Shown here one piece after another: positions 33,029 through 43,852 of a stretch of DNA of 64,000 nucleotides. The notes beneath the pieces were generated by a model. It worked only from the letters and a program-made list of their open reading frames with translations, had not been told where the DNA came from and did no database searches. The stretch spans positions 816,118-880,117 of the forward strand of contig CAWGVS010000012.1 of NCBI GenBank assembly GCA_963826115.1, in the 5' to 3' direction. A program made the translations under genes and the position numbers. Each line of letters opens with the position of its first letter. Positions within the stretch are counted from its first letter, which is position 1. Source of the DNA: an uncultured Candidatus Rokubacteria bacterium. GTDB lineage: Bacteria; Methylomirabilota; Methylomirabilia; Rokubacteriales; DASRDR01.

Positions 33029-34351
33029 ATGGCGGTGACCAGGGTCGTGATGCCGAAGCTGTCGGAGGCGATGGAGACGGGGAAGCTCCTGCGCTGGCTC
33101 AAGCAGGAGGGGGATCGGATCTCGGGCGGCGACATCATCGCCGAGATCGAGACCGACAAGGCCGACATCGAGCTGGAGGCCTTCGGCTCGGGCGTGCTCC
33201 GGAAGCTCCTCGCCGCCCCGGGATCGGCGGTGCCGGTCGGCGGCCTGATCGCCGTCATCGCCGACCCGGACGAGGACATCAGCGCCGTCGTCGGCGAGGG
33301 GGCCCCTGCCCGCCCGGCCGCGGCCCCCGCCCCGGCTCCGGCGCCGGCGGCCGCGCCGGCTCCCGCCCGGCCGGTTGTCCCCGCTCCGGCGCCCGCGGCC
33401 GTGCCGGCCATGGCGAGCGCGCCCGCGGTGGCCGCTGCCCGCGTGCTCCCGGCGGGGCGGCTCCGGATCTCCCCGCTCGCGCGGAAGCTCGCCCAGCGGG
33501 CGAGCATCGACCTCGCCCGCGTGACCGGCACCGGCCCCGGCGGCCGCATCATCCAGCGTGACATCGAGGCCTTCGTCGCGGCCCGGCCGGCCGCGGCGGC
33601 GGCCCGGCCGGCGGCCTCGGCGATGCCCGCCGTCGCGGCGTTGGCGCCCGTCGCCCCCCGGACGGGTCCGGAGACCGAGGACATCGCGCTCAGCCCGATC
33701 CGCGCGGCGATCGCGCGCCAGCTGGTGCAGTCCAAGGCGCCGGTGCCGCACTTCTACGTCACCACCGAGATCGCGATGGAGCGGGTGGCGGCGCTCCGGG
33801 CCGAGCTCCAGGCGCTGCCCGGGGCGCCCAAGGTCACGTTCACCGACGTGGTCGTGCGCGCCTGCGCGGTGACGCTCCAGAAGCACCCGGGAGTGAACGC
33901 GAGCTTCACCGGCGACGCGATCCGGCGACACCGGGCGGCCCATATCGGCATCGCGGTCGCCGTGGAGGACGGCCTCATCACGCCCGTCCTCCGGGACTGC
34001 GACCGGAAGTCGCTCTTCCAGATCGCGGCGGAAGCGCGTGACCTGATCGAGCGAACGCGCGCGCGCAAGCTGCGCCAGCAGGAGCTCTCCGGCGCGACCT
34101 TCTCGGTGTCGAACCTCGGGATGTTCCCCGTGGACGAGTTCGTCGCGATCATCAACCCACCCGAGGCGGCGATCCTCGCCGTCGGGGCGATCGTCGACAA
34201 GCCCGTCGTCGTCGACGGGCAGCTGGCGGTGGGGAAGCGCATGCGCGTGACCCTGTCGGCCGACCACCGGGTCATCGACGGCGCCATGGGCGCGCAGTTC
34301 CTGGCCGACCTGAAGGCGACCCTCGAGGCGCCGCTCAGCCTCCTGGTCTGA
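33029..34351 (+). CDS. pdhC: Dihydrolipoamide acetyltransferase (E2)
   Basis: Single lipoyl domain (ETDKA), Pro/Ala linker, E3-binding motif SPLARKLA..GTGPGGRI, catalytic DHRVIDG. Confidence 0.94.
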   Translation: MAVTRVVMPKLSEAMETGKLLRWLKQEGDRISGGDIIAEIETDKADIELEAFGSGVLRKLLAAPGSAVPVGGLIAVIADPDEDISAVVGEGAPARPAAAPAPAPAPAAAPAPARPVVPAPAPAAVPAMASAPAVAAARVLPAGRLRISPLARKLAQRASIDLARVTGTGPGGRIIQRDIEAFVAARPAAAAARPAASAMPAVAALAPVAPRTGPETEDIALSPIRAAIARQLVQSKAPVPHFYVTTEIAMERVAALRAELQALPGAPKVTFTDVVVRACAVTLQKHPGVNASFTGDAIRRHRAAHIGIAVAVEDGLITPVLRDCDRKSLFQIAAEARDLIERTRARKLRQQELSGATFSVSNLGMFPVDEFVAIINPPEAAILAVGAIVDKPVVVDGQLAVGKRMRVTLSADHRVIDGAMGAQFLADLKATLEAPLSLLV

Positions 34352-34355
34352 CCCG

Positions 34356-35753
34356 ATGGCCAGCGAGCGCTTCGACGCCGTCGTCGTCGGCTCGGGACCG
34401 GGCGGCTACGTCTCCGCGATCCGGGCCGCGCAGCTCGGCCAGCGGGTGGCGGTGGTCGAGGCCGACCGGCCCGGCGGCATCTGCCTGAACTGGGGCTGCA
34501 TCCCGACCAAGGCGCTCCTCCGGAACGCCGAAGTGCTCCAGCTCTTCCAGCGGGCAGCCGAGTTCGGCATCACCGTCGACAACCTGCGCGCCGACTATCG
34601 GGTCGCCTACCAGCGGAGCCGCCAGGTCGCCGAGCGGATGTCGAAGGGCGTCGAGTTCCTGTTCCGCAAGAACAAGATCACCCTCGTCCCGGGCCGCGGC
34701 AGCGTCACGGGCCCGGGCGCGGTCCGCGTCCAGGGCTCGGACGGGAGCGCGCGGACGCTCGAGGCCCGGGCGGTCGTGCTCGCGACGGGCGCGGCGCCGA
34801 AGAGCCTGCCGGGCGTGACGATCGACAAGACGCGGGTGATCAGCTCCGACGAGGCGCTCCGGCTCGAACGGCTGCCCCCGTCCGTGATCGTGATCGGCGC
34901 CGGCGCGGTCGGCGTCGAGTTCGCGGACGTGTTCGCCGCCTACGGCGTCCAGGTGACGATCGTCGAGGCGCTCCCGCGGCTCCTTCCCATCGAGGACGAG
35001 GAGATCTCGAAGCTCCTCGCGCGAAGCTTCGCCAAGCGGAAGATCGACGTCCGCGCGGGCGTGAAGGTCCAGGCGGTGCGCGTGGGCAAGGACGGGGTCA
35101 CGGTAGAGCTCGAGCAGGAGGGGCAGGCGGCCCGCCTCGAGGCCGCCATGGTCCTGATGGCCGTCGGCCGGGGCGCGAACACCGAGGCCCTCGGCCTCGA
35201 CACCCTCGGGGTGGCCATGGAGCGGGGCTTCGTGAAGGTGTCCCCGCGCATGGAGACGTCCGTCCCCGGCGTGTACGCGATCGGCGACCTGGCGGGGCCG
35301 CCCCTCCTCGCCCACAAGGCGAGCGCCGAGGGCATCGTGGCGGCCGAGGCGCTCGCCGGCCACCCCGGCCATCCCGTGGACTACCGGACGATCCCGGGCT
35401 GCACCTACTGCCACCCGCAGGTGGCGAGCCTCGGCCTCACGGAGGCCCAGGCCCGCGCGGACGGCCGCGCCATCAAGGTGGGGAAGTACATGTTCCTCGC
35501 CAACGGGAAGGCCCAGGCGCTCGCCGAGCCCGAGGGACTGGTCAAGATCGTGGCGGCTGCCGATACGGGCGAGATCCTCGGGGTGCACATCCTGGGGGCG
35601 GAGGCCACCGAGCTGATCGCCGAGTTCGGGCTCGGGAAGACACTCGAGGCCACCGTCGAGGAGGTGGGGCACACGATCCACGCCCACCCCACGATGGCCG
35701 AGGCGGTGATGGAAGCCGCCCTCGACGCGATGGGGCAGGCGATCCACCTGTAG
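34356..35753 (+). CDS. lpdA: Dihydrolipoamide dehydrogenase (E3)
   Basis: GSGPGGY, GGICLNWGCIPTK, GAGAVG.E, HAHPTMAE. Confidence 0.96.
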   Translation: MASERFDAVVVGSGPGGYVSAIRAAQLGQRVAVVEADRPGGICLNWGCIPTKALLRNAEVLQLFQRAAEFGITVDNLRADYRVAYQRSRQVAERMSKGVEFLFRKNKITLVPGRGSVTGPGAVRVQGSDGSARTLEARAVVLATGAAPKSLPGVTIDKTRVISSDEALRLERLPPSVIVIGAGAVGVEFADVFAAYGVQVTIVEALPRLLPIEDEEISKLLARSFAKRKIDVRAGVKVQAVRVGKDGVTVELEQEGQAARLEAAMVLMAVGRGANTEALGLDTLGVAMERGFVKVSPRMETSVPGVYAIGDLAGPPLLAHKASAEGIVAAEALAGHPGHPVDYRTIPGCTYCHPQVASLGLTEAQARADGRAIKVGKYMFLANGKAQALAEPEGLVKIVAAADTGEILGVHILGAEATELIAEFGLGKTLEATVEEVGHTIHAHPTMAEAVMEAALDAMGQAIHL

Positions 35754-35801
35754 GCGGCGCCTCCCCTCCGCCGGCCGCGCGCGCGGCCGCCGGCCGGGCT
35801 C

Positions 35802-36170
35802 CTAGACGCCCTCGAGCGGCTCGTCGCGCCCGCGGAGCCGGGCGATCTCCTCCCGCATGGCGCCCCGTCCGGCTTCGAACGCGGCCTTCAGCTGGGCCGA
35901 GGTGTCCTCGACCACCTCCCGGCCGCGCCCGAGATACTCCTGGGCCCGCACCTGGGCGTCGCCCACGGTCTCCTGCGCCCGCTTCGCCAGCTCCGTTCCG
36001 CGCTCCCGGGCCTGGCGGGCCCAGTCCGTGCCCTTCTCGCGCAGGAGCTCCCGCGTCTCCTCCCCGGTCTTCGGGGCGAGCAGGAGCGCGGCGGCGGCGC
36101 CGATGATCGCGCCCACGGCGAGGAGGCCCAGCGCGCCGAGGAAGTTCAGGTCGTCGCGGTCGTCACTCAT
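35802..36170 (-). CDS. YtxH-domain protein
   Basis: GAIIGAAAALLLAPKTGEETR followed by an amphipathic coiled region. Confidence 0.85.
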   Translation of the reverse strand: MSDDRDDLNFLGALGLLAVGAIIGAAAALLLAPKTGEETRELLREKGTDWARQARERGTELAKRAQETVGDAQVRAQEYLGRGREVVEDTSAQLKAAFEAGRGAMREEIARLRGRDEPLEGV

Positions 36171-36561
36171 GGCTCACTCCCTTGCCGCGGGTCTTCCCGA
36201 GCCGGTGCACGAAGACATCGAGCCCCTTCTGGAGGCCTCGCGCGATGCCGACGACCCGCCCCACGGTCCCGAAGCTCGACAGGAGGGTCGTCAGGTTCGT
36301 GACCCGGGCGAGCACGTCCTGGGCCATGAGCGCGATCCCCTCGATTTGCCGGAGGTCCTTGGTCGCCTGCTGGGCGAGCGTCCGGTGCTCCTGGAGCAGC
36401 GCCTGGACCTGGGTGGTCAGGGGCTTCAACTCGTGATCGACGGTCGTCAGGGTCTGCTCCGCCGCCCGCGCCGTCCGGGCCACCTGGAGGAGAGCCGGGA
36501 TGACCGCGATCACGAGCGCGAGGAAAGCGAGGCTCGCGATCAGCGCTGCGACCTGTAGCAC
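36163..36561 (-). CDS. DUF948/YoxC (YtxG-like) protein
   Basis: N-terminal TM followed by a coiled coil; typical pairing upstream of YtxH. Confidence 0.75.
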   Translation of the reverse strand: MLQVAALIASLAFLALVIAVIPALLQVARTARAAEQTLTTVDHELKPLTTQVQALLQEHRTLAQQATKDLRQIEGIALMAQDVLARVTNLTTLLSSFGTVGRVVGIARGLQKGLDVFVHRLGKTRGKGVSHE

Positions 36562-36643
36562 GGGGGGCCCCTTTGGTGTGGCGAGGTTGAGCTCCCACGC
36601 TAACAGACGGCGCAGGTCCGCGTCAAATCTGGCCCGGCCGTGT

Positions 36644-36673
36644 TTGACGCTGTCTTGCCCGCCCCCGTATACT
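36644..36673 (+). promoter_or_regulatory. Putative promoter of pccB-mcm
   Basis: TTGACG, 18 nt spacer, TATACT. Confidence 0.6.
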
Positions 36674-36741
36674 GATCAACCGATGTTTCCCCCGGCAGTA
36701 CCTTCCACTAACGCTGCTATCGCTGCGTCCGAGGACCGCCC

Positions 36742-38288
<1,547 letters not shown>

Positions 38289-38292
<4 letters not shown>

Positions 38293-40007
38293 CGGCGCCG
38301 GGCGAGGGACAGGCGCCCCCGGCCCCGGAGCCCGCCGGCCCCGCGGCGCGCCGGCCGGCCCGGCTCGAGGACGCACTCGCGCGCTGGGAGCAGGAGACAC
38401 TCCGGCCCGCGATCGCCCGGACGCCCGAGCGCCCGTACCTCGAGACGTCCTGGGGCGCGCCCGCGCCCCGCCTCGGCACGCCCGCGGATCTCGGAGGCTT
38501 CGACTACGAGCGGGAGCTCGGGTTCCCCGGGGAGTATCCCTACACGCGGGGCATCCAGTCGACGATGTACCGGGGCCGCTTCTGGACGATGCGCCAGTAC
38601 GCGGGCTTCGGGAGCGCCGCCGAGACCAACCGGCGGTTCCACTACCTCCTGGCGGCCGGCCAGACGGGGCTGTCGGTCGCGTTCGACCTGCCGACCCAGA
38701 TGGGCCACGACGCGGACGCCCCGGCGGCGCGGAGCGAGGTCGGCCGCGTGGGGGTGTCGATCTCGAGCGTCGACGACATGGCCGAGCTCCTCCACGAGCT
38801 CCCGCTGGACCGCGTCTCGACGTCGATGACGATCAACGCGACCGCGGCGACGCTCCTGGCCCTCTACCTCGCGGTGGCCGCCCGTCGGGGCGTCGCCGCG
38901 ACGCGCCTGTCCGGCACGGTCCAGAACGACATCCTCAAGGAGTTCATCGCTCGCGGCACCTACATCTTCCCGCCGGGGCCCTCGCTCCGGCTGGTCACGG
39001 ACGTCTTCGGCTACTGCAAGGACCGTGTGCCGCGATGGAACACGATCTCGATCTCCGGCTACCACATGCGCGAGGCGGGCGCCACCGCCGTCCAGGAGGT
39101 GGCCTTCACGCTGGCCAACGCGGTGACCTACGTGCAGGCGGCCCAGGCGGCGGGCCTCCACGTCGACGCGTTCGCCCCCCAGCTGTCCTTCTTCTTCAAC
39201 GCCCACAACGACCTCCTCGAGGAGGTCGCGAAGTTCCGCGCGGCGCGGCGGCTCTGGGCGCGCCTCATGCGGGAACGGTTCGGCGCGCGGGACCCGCGGT
39301 CGATGATGCTGCGGTTCCACGCCCAGACGGCGGGCTCGACGCTGACCGCGCAGCAGCCCGAGAACAACGTCGCCCGCGTGACCGTCCAGGCGCTGGCCGC
39401 CATCCTCGGCGGCTGCCAGTCGCTCCACACGAACTCGATGGACGAGGCCCTGGCGCTCCCCTCCGAAGCGGCGGCGCGCACCGCGCTCCGGACACAGCAG
39501 GTGCTGGCCTGGGAATCGGGCGTCGCGGCGACCGTCGACCCGCTCGGCGGGGCGTACGCGGTCGAGCGCCTGACCCGGGACATCGAGGACGGCGCGGTGG
39601 CCTATCTCGACAAGATCGACGGGCTCGGCGGCGCGGTGGCGGCCATCCCCTTCATGCAGCGGGAGATCCAGGACGCGGCGTACCGGCACCAGCAGGAGGT
39701 CGAGAGCCGCGCGCGCGTGGTTGTCGGCGTCAACGACTTCGTCGTCGACGAGTCGCCGCCCACGGCGCTCTTCCGGCACGATGCGGCGGTCGAGGCGCGG
39801 CAGGCCGAGCGGCTCGCCGACCTCCGGCGGCGCCGGGACGCCGCCCGGGCGGCCCGGGCGCTCGACGCGATCGAGCAGGCGGCCCGCGGCACCGAGAACC
39901 TAGTGCCCCGGCTCCTCGAGGCCGTGCAGGCGGGCGTGACCCTGGGCGAGATCGGCACGCGGCTCCGCGCCGTCTTCGGCGTCCACCGGCCGTCGGTGGC
40001 CTTCTGA
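38289..40007 (+). CDS. Methylmalonyl-CoA mutase, large (substrate-binding) subunit
   Basis: [53 protein letters not shown]. No DxHxxG B12-binding domain. Confidence 0.92.
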
Positions 40008-40010
40008 CCC

Positions 40011-41879
40011 ATGCGTGACGTGAGACGTGACCGGGCCCACAGTCGCCGGGCAGTACCGCTCCTGCTCGCGGTCGTCCTCGCGCTCGTCGCGGGGGCGACG
40101 CCGGTGCGCGCGGACGTCCTGCAGGACCTCGGCGCGACGTACCAGAAGACGGCCGAGCAGCTGGCAGCGGTGTTCCCGCGCGTCGAGGTCCAGGTCACCG
40201 CGGTCGCCGGGGAGACGCTCCGGGTCGAAGGCGCCGGCGTCGGAAACCTGCGCCCGGGGCTCGAGCTCGCCCTCTACCGGAAAGGCGAGGTCTTCCGGCA
40301 TCCGGTGACGAACCAGCCGCTCGGGCACGCCGAGACAGTGCTCGGCACGCTCGTGATCACGGCCGTCGAGCCGAACGCCGCCACGGGACGCCTCGTGCCG
40401 CCCGCGGGCCGCAGCGCGCCGCCGCCGGCCCCCGGGGACGGCGCGCGCATCACGGCGGGCCGGCTGCCGGTCGCCGTGCTACCGACGACCGGGGTCCAAG
40501 CGGCCTTCGAGAGCTCCGACCAGACCCAGCTGCTCCTCGTGGCGCGGTTCTCGGCGATCCTCGACAAGACGGGCCGCTTCCTGTCGGTCGACGCCCAGCG
40601 GGTGCTGGACGTCTTCGGCCGGACGGGCGGGTCGAGCCCGTCCCCCCTCGAGGTGAGCCGGAAGCTCGGGGGGGTGGCGGTGGTGACTTCCCGTCTGGTC
40701 CGCGACGGCCCCGCCCGCGTCCTCGAGACCACCTGGATCTCCGGCCAGACGGGCGCGACCCTCGCCAGCGTGCGCGCGCCCCTCACGCCGTCGACCTATC
40801 CGCCGCGCTTCGCCTGGGAGGAGACCCCCGAGCTCGAGCGCAAGTTCCCGCTCGACGGGCCGGTCCGCGCGCTCGCGCTCGGCGACCTCGACGGGGACGG
40901 GCGGGCCGAGCTGGTGATCGCCGACGACCAGACCGTCACCGCCTACCGCGCGGCGGAGGGCGCGGCGCCGGTCGCCGTCGAGGGGATGACCTTCCGCGCG
41001 GGCGGGCTGATCCTGTCCGTGGACATCGCGCCCGTCATGGGGACGGGCCGATCCCAGCTGGTCGTCGTGGACCAGCGCGGCCAGGGCCGCCCGGGCATCC
41101 GCGCGCGCGTGCTGGAGTGGGCCGGCGCGGAGGGCTTCCGCACGATCTACGACACCAGCGGACGGTACCTCCGCGTGGTGCGGGTCGGCGCGGAGAACTG
41201 GCTCCTCGAGCAGGACGCCGCCGAGGACGAGCCGTTCGAGCCCGAGATCCGGCGCCTCGTCTGGGACGGCGAGCGGTTCCGCGACGCCCTGCGGCTGCGC
41301 ATCCCCCGCGGCGTCAGCGTCTACGGGCTCGCGCTCATGCGGCTCACCGGCGCGCCAGAGCCCGAGGTCGTCGCCTTCGCGGACGACTTCCGGCTGACCG
41401 TCTGGACCGCGAAGGGGCAGCGCCTCTGGACGAGCACGGACCCGCTCGGGGGCTCGGCCATCACCTTCGAGTACGTGCCCCTGGGCGGCGCCCGCCGCCA
41501 GGGCGGCGTGGACAGCCAGGTCGGGCGCATCGCCGGCCGGGTCGTGCCCCTGGCCGCCGGGCCGGCCGGCGCCGAGATCCTCGTTTACGAGAACATCCTT
41601 CCAGCGCTCCAGCAGGGGCGCGGCATCCTTCCCCGCCTGGCGGCCACCCTGTACAACCGGGGCCGGATCCACCGGCTCCGCTGGAAGGACGGGGCGTTCG
41701 TCCGGATCTGGCAGAGCGGGGTCAGCGAGGGGTACATCGCCGACTTCGGCTACGGCGACATGGACGGGGACGGGCTCCCGGAGGTGGTGGTGGGGGTGGT
41801 TCCCCGAGGGTTCGACCTGGAGACCCTCAACCCCGTAGGACGCCTCAGGGGTCGTATCCTCGTCTACGAGCTCCCCTAG
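40011..41879 (+). CDS. Exported protein with FG-GAP/VCBS-type repeats
   Basis: Signal peptide ending VRA-D; GDLDGDGRAELV and GDMDGDGLPEVV Ca-loop motifs; N-terminal HPVT..PLG beta domain. Confidence 0.75.
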   Translation: MRDVRRDRAHSRRAVPLLLAVVLALVAGATPVRADVLQDLGATYQKTAEQLAAVFPRVEVQVTAVAGETLRVEGAGVGNLRPGLELALYRKGEVFRHPVTNQPLGHAETVLGTLVITAVEPNAATGRLVPPAGRSAPPPAPGDGARITAGRLPVAVLPTTGVQAAFESSDQTQLLLVARFSAILDKTGRFLSVDAQRVLDVFGRTGGSSPSPLEVSRKLGGVAVVTSRLVRDGPARVLETTWISGQTGATLASVRAPLTPSTYPPRFAWEETPELERKFPLDGPVRALALGDLDGDGRAELVIADDQTVTAYRAAEGAAPVAVEGMTFRAGGLILSVDIAPVMGTGRSQLVVVDQRGQGRPGIRARVLEWAGAEGFRTIYDTSGRYLRVVRVGAENWLLEQDAAEDEPFEPEIRRLVWDGERFRDALRLRIPRGVSVYGLALMRLTGAPEPEVVAFADDFRLTVWTAKGQRLWTSTDPLGGSAITFEYVPLGGARRQGGVDSQVGRIAGRVVPLAAGPAGAEILVYENILPALQQGRGILPRLAATLYNRGRIHRLRWKDGAFVRIWQSGVSEGYIADFGYGDMDGDGLPEVVVGVVPRGFDLETLNPVGRLRGRILVYELP

Positions 41880-41895
41880 GGGTGGGGGTTTGACC

Positions 41896-41940
41896 CCGGT
41901 CCCCGGGGCCAACTGGCCGGTTCCCGGGCCCAAACTGGCC
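41896..41940 (+). repeat. Imperfect tandem direct repeat (~21-22 bp period) upstream of the porin promoter
   Basis: CCGGTCCCCGGGGCCAA-CTGGCC vs CCGGTTCCCGGGCCCAAACTGGCC (2 mismatches, 1 gap). Confidence 0.6.
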
Positions 41941-41963
41941 GTCGCGTCAGGGTGAAACGGGGC

Positions 41964-41993
41964 TTGACATGCCTTTTCGGCCGGTGCTAGGGT
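41964..41993 (+). promoter_or_regulatory. Putative porin promoter
   Basis: TTGACA, 18 nt spacer, TG-c-TAGGGT. Confidence 0.55.
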
Positions 41994-42198
41994 TGCCTCG
42001 GCTTTCTGGCATTGTCTTGACGTGTCCCCGGCGACCGGCCGGGCAGAGTTCATGCGGGAAGGGGGGTGGTGCTGGGCACCAGCGGGGGCCTCACAGCCCG
42101 TGATCACTGAAGCAAGGAAGCAAGGCACTCATCGTAGTTTCGGCAGTCCCCTATAAACGGGCGCCATCCGAATGGGATGGCACCGGGAGGTGCGGGTA

Positions 42199-43740
42199 AT
42201 GAAGCGAGCGCTAGCGTTGCTCGTCGGGGGGGTGCTGATCCTCGGATCGGCCCTCGCCGCGCACGCGCAGGCCCCGACCGTCAGCTTCGGCGGGCAGATG
42301 CGCGTTTACGGCTTCGCATTCAACAACATGACGGACTTCACGGACAGCGGTCCGAACGGTGCCAACCGGGACAGCCAGAGCTTCTACTTCCAGCGCTGGC
42401 GTCTGTGGACCAACGTCGAGAGCGCCGACAAGAAGGCCAAGGCAGTGTGGGGCCTCGAGGTCGGTGACATCACTTGGGGTCGGCAGGGCGGTGCGTCGGG
42501 CGGTGAGTTTCTGGGTTGTCCCGGCGGCAATCCGCTGGCGAATAGCAGCATAAGCGGCACTGCCACGATCCCGGCCCCGGCGGGATCGCCGCCGGGGACG
42601 CCGCCGACGGTCGTGAATGTGCCGGTCAATCCGGCTGTGAGTCCGTACGACCGGACCAGACAGGGTTCAGGTGGCTGTCTCGGCGCTGACGGTGTGAACG
42701 TCGAGACCAAGCACGCGTACATCTGGCTCGATACCGCGCAGTGGGTGCCCGGCTCCTCGATCACGCTCGGTATTCAGAGCATCGTCATGATGGCCGGCCC
42801 GTTGGGCGGGTTCTTCGATGAGGACGGTGCTGCGATCAAGCTCAACATGAAGTTCGATCCGGTTGACATCGAGGTCTGGGCGGCCAAGTCCGGCGAGGGC
42901 GCCAACGCCAACGCCGACGACTCGGATATCTACGTGGCGCGCGTGGGCGCAAACGTCACGAAGGAGATCCGGGTCACGCTGGAGGGGATGCTCGTCAACG
43001 AGCAAGCCCTCGCCGGGGCGAACCTGGGCGATACCTACTGGATTGGCGCAACGGTTGGCGCCAAGCTCGGCACGGTTCAGCTCGACGGGGCGATGGTCTA
43101 TGGGCAGCGGTCCTTCTCCCGCGCGGTTTCGGCAGGAGCGGGCAATCCGTTCACAGAGGAGGGATTCGGCTTCTTCGCGACGGCGCAGATTCCGATTGGT
43201 CCCCTCAGCGTGTTCGCGTCGGGCTGGTACACGACGGGTGACGAGAATGTTGGTCCGGCGGGCTGCGGCGTGAACGCCGCGGGCGTCGTGGTTCCTGGCA
43301 CGAACGTGGGTTGCGGGGCTCCGGGTGCTCCGGGCGTCTCACCCCGCCGGTTGCCGGCGGACTCTGACAAGCTCCCGGTTCCGGAGTCGGGTGCCAGCTG
43401 GGGCAACGGCCCGTTCATCGCGGAGTGGCTCTTCGGTAACGCCTCGATCGGCGGCCCGTCGGTCGGGCAGGTGCACTACAACGACAACAGCGGCACCTGG
43501 GGTCTCGGTGCCTCGGTCACGTACGCTCTGACGCCGGCTTTCTCGTTCGGCGGCGGCGCGGCGTACGTGATGGCGACGGATCAGCAAGGCCCGTACGGCG
43601 ACTCGTTGTTCGAAATCGACGCCGGGGCCACGTACCGCTTCAACCCGAACCTGGTCTTCAACCTGTTCGGCGGTGTGATGCTTCCGGACAAGGGTGACAT
43701 GGCGTACGCCTTCACCTTCCGCACGCAGTACTCGTTCTAG
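42199..43740 (+). CDS. Putative outer-membrane beta-barrel porin (major OMP)
   Basis: Signal peptide (AHA-Q), alternating amphipathic beta strands, motif EVGDITWG...GADGVNVETKHAY, C-terminal beta-signal TQYSF. SD GGGAGG; own terminator. Confidence 0.8.
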   Translation: MKRALALLVGGVLILGSALAAHAQAPTVSFGGQMRVYGFAFNNMTDFTDSGPNGANRDSQSFYFQRWRLWTNVESADKKAKAVWGLEVGDITWGRQGGASGGEFLGCPGGNPLANSSISGTATIPAPAGSPPGTPPTVVNVPVNPAVSPYDRTRQGSGGCLGADGVNVETKHAYIWLDTAQWVPGSSITLGIQSIVMMAGPLGGFFDEDGAAIKLNMKFDPVDIEVWAAKSGEGANANADDSDIYVARVGANVTKEIRVTLEGMLVNEQALAGANLGDTYWIGATVGAKLGTVQLDGAMVYGQRSFSRAVSAGAGNPFTEEGFGFFATAQIPIGPLSVFASGWYTTGDENVGPAGCGVNAAGVVVPGTNVGCGAPGAPGVSPRRLPADSDKLPVPESGASWGNGPFIAEWLFGNASIGGPSVGQVHYNDNSGTWGLGASVTYALTPAFSFGGGAAYVMATDQQGPYGDSLFEIDAGATYRFNPNLVFNLFGGVMLPDKGDMAYAFTFRTQYSF

Positions 43741-43758
43741 CACCTGATCGGTAGCGTG

Positions 43759-43795
43759 ACGCCCCAGGGGGAAACCCCCTGGGGCGTTTTTCTTT
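43759..43795 (+). terminator. Rho-independent terminator of the porin gene
   Basis: ACGCCCCAGGGGG-AAA-CCCCCTGGGGCGT followed by TTTTCTTT. Confidence 0.9.
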
Positions 43796-43852
43796 CCCCT
43801 TGATTCCCGCGAGGGCCGACCAGACAATGACCGCGCGAGGGGTCTGACATCC

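Noticed and set aside
33300-33440. GC-rich short repeats (also the secG and FmdB tails)
   Set aside because: They encode ordinary Pro/Ala or Ser/Thr flexible linkers.
42040-42130. Possible cobalamin riboswitch (GGGAA...GGTG...CACTG fragments) near the B12-dependent mutase
   Set aside because: No convincing B12 box or correct spacing, and the downstream gene is not TonB-dependent. An Infernal search with cobalamin riboswitch models would settle it.
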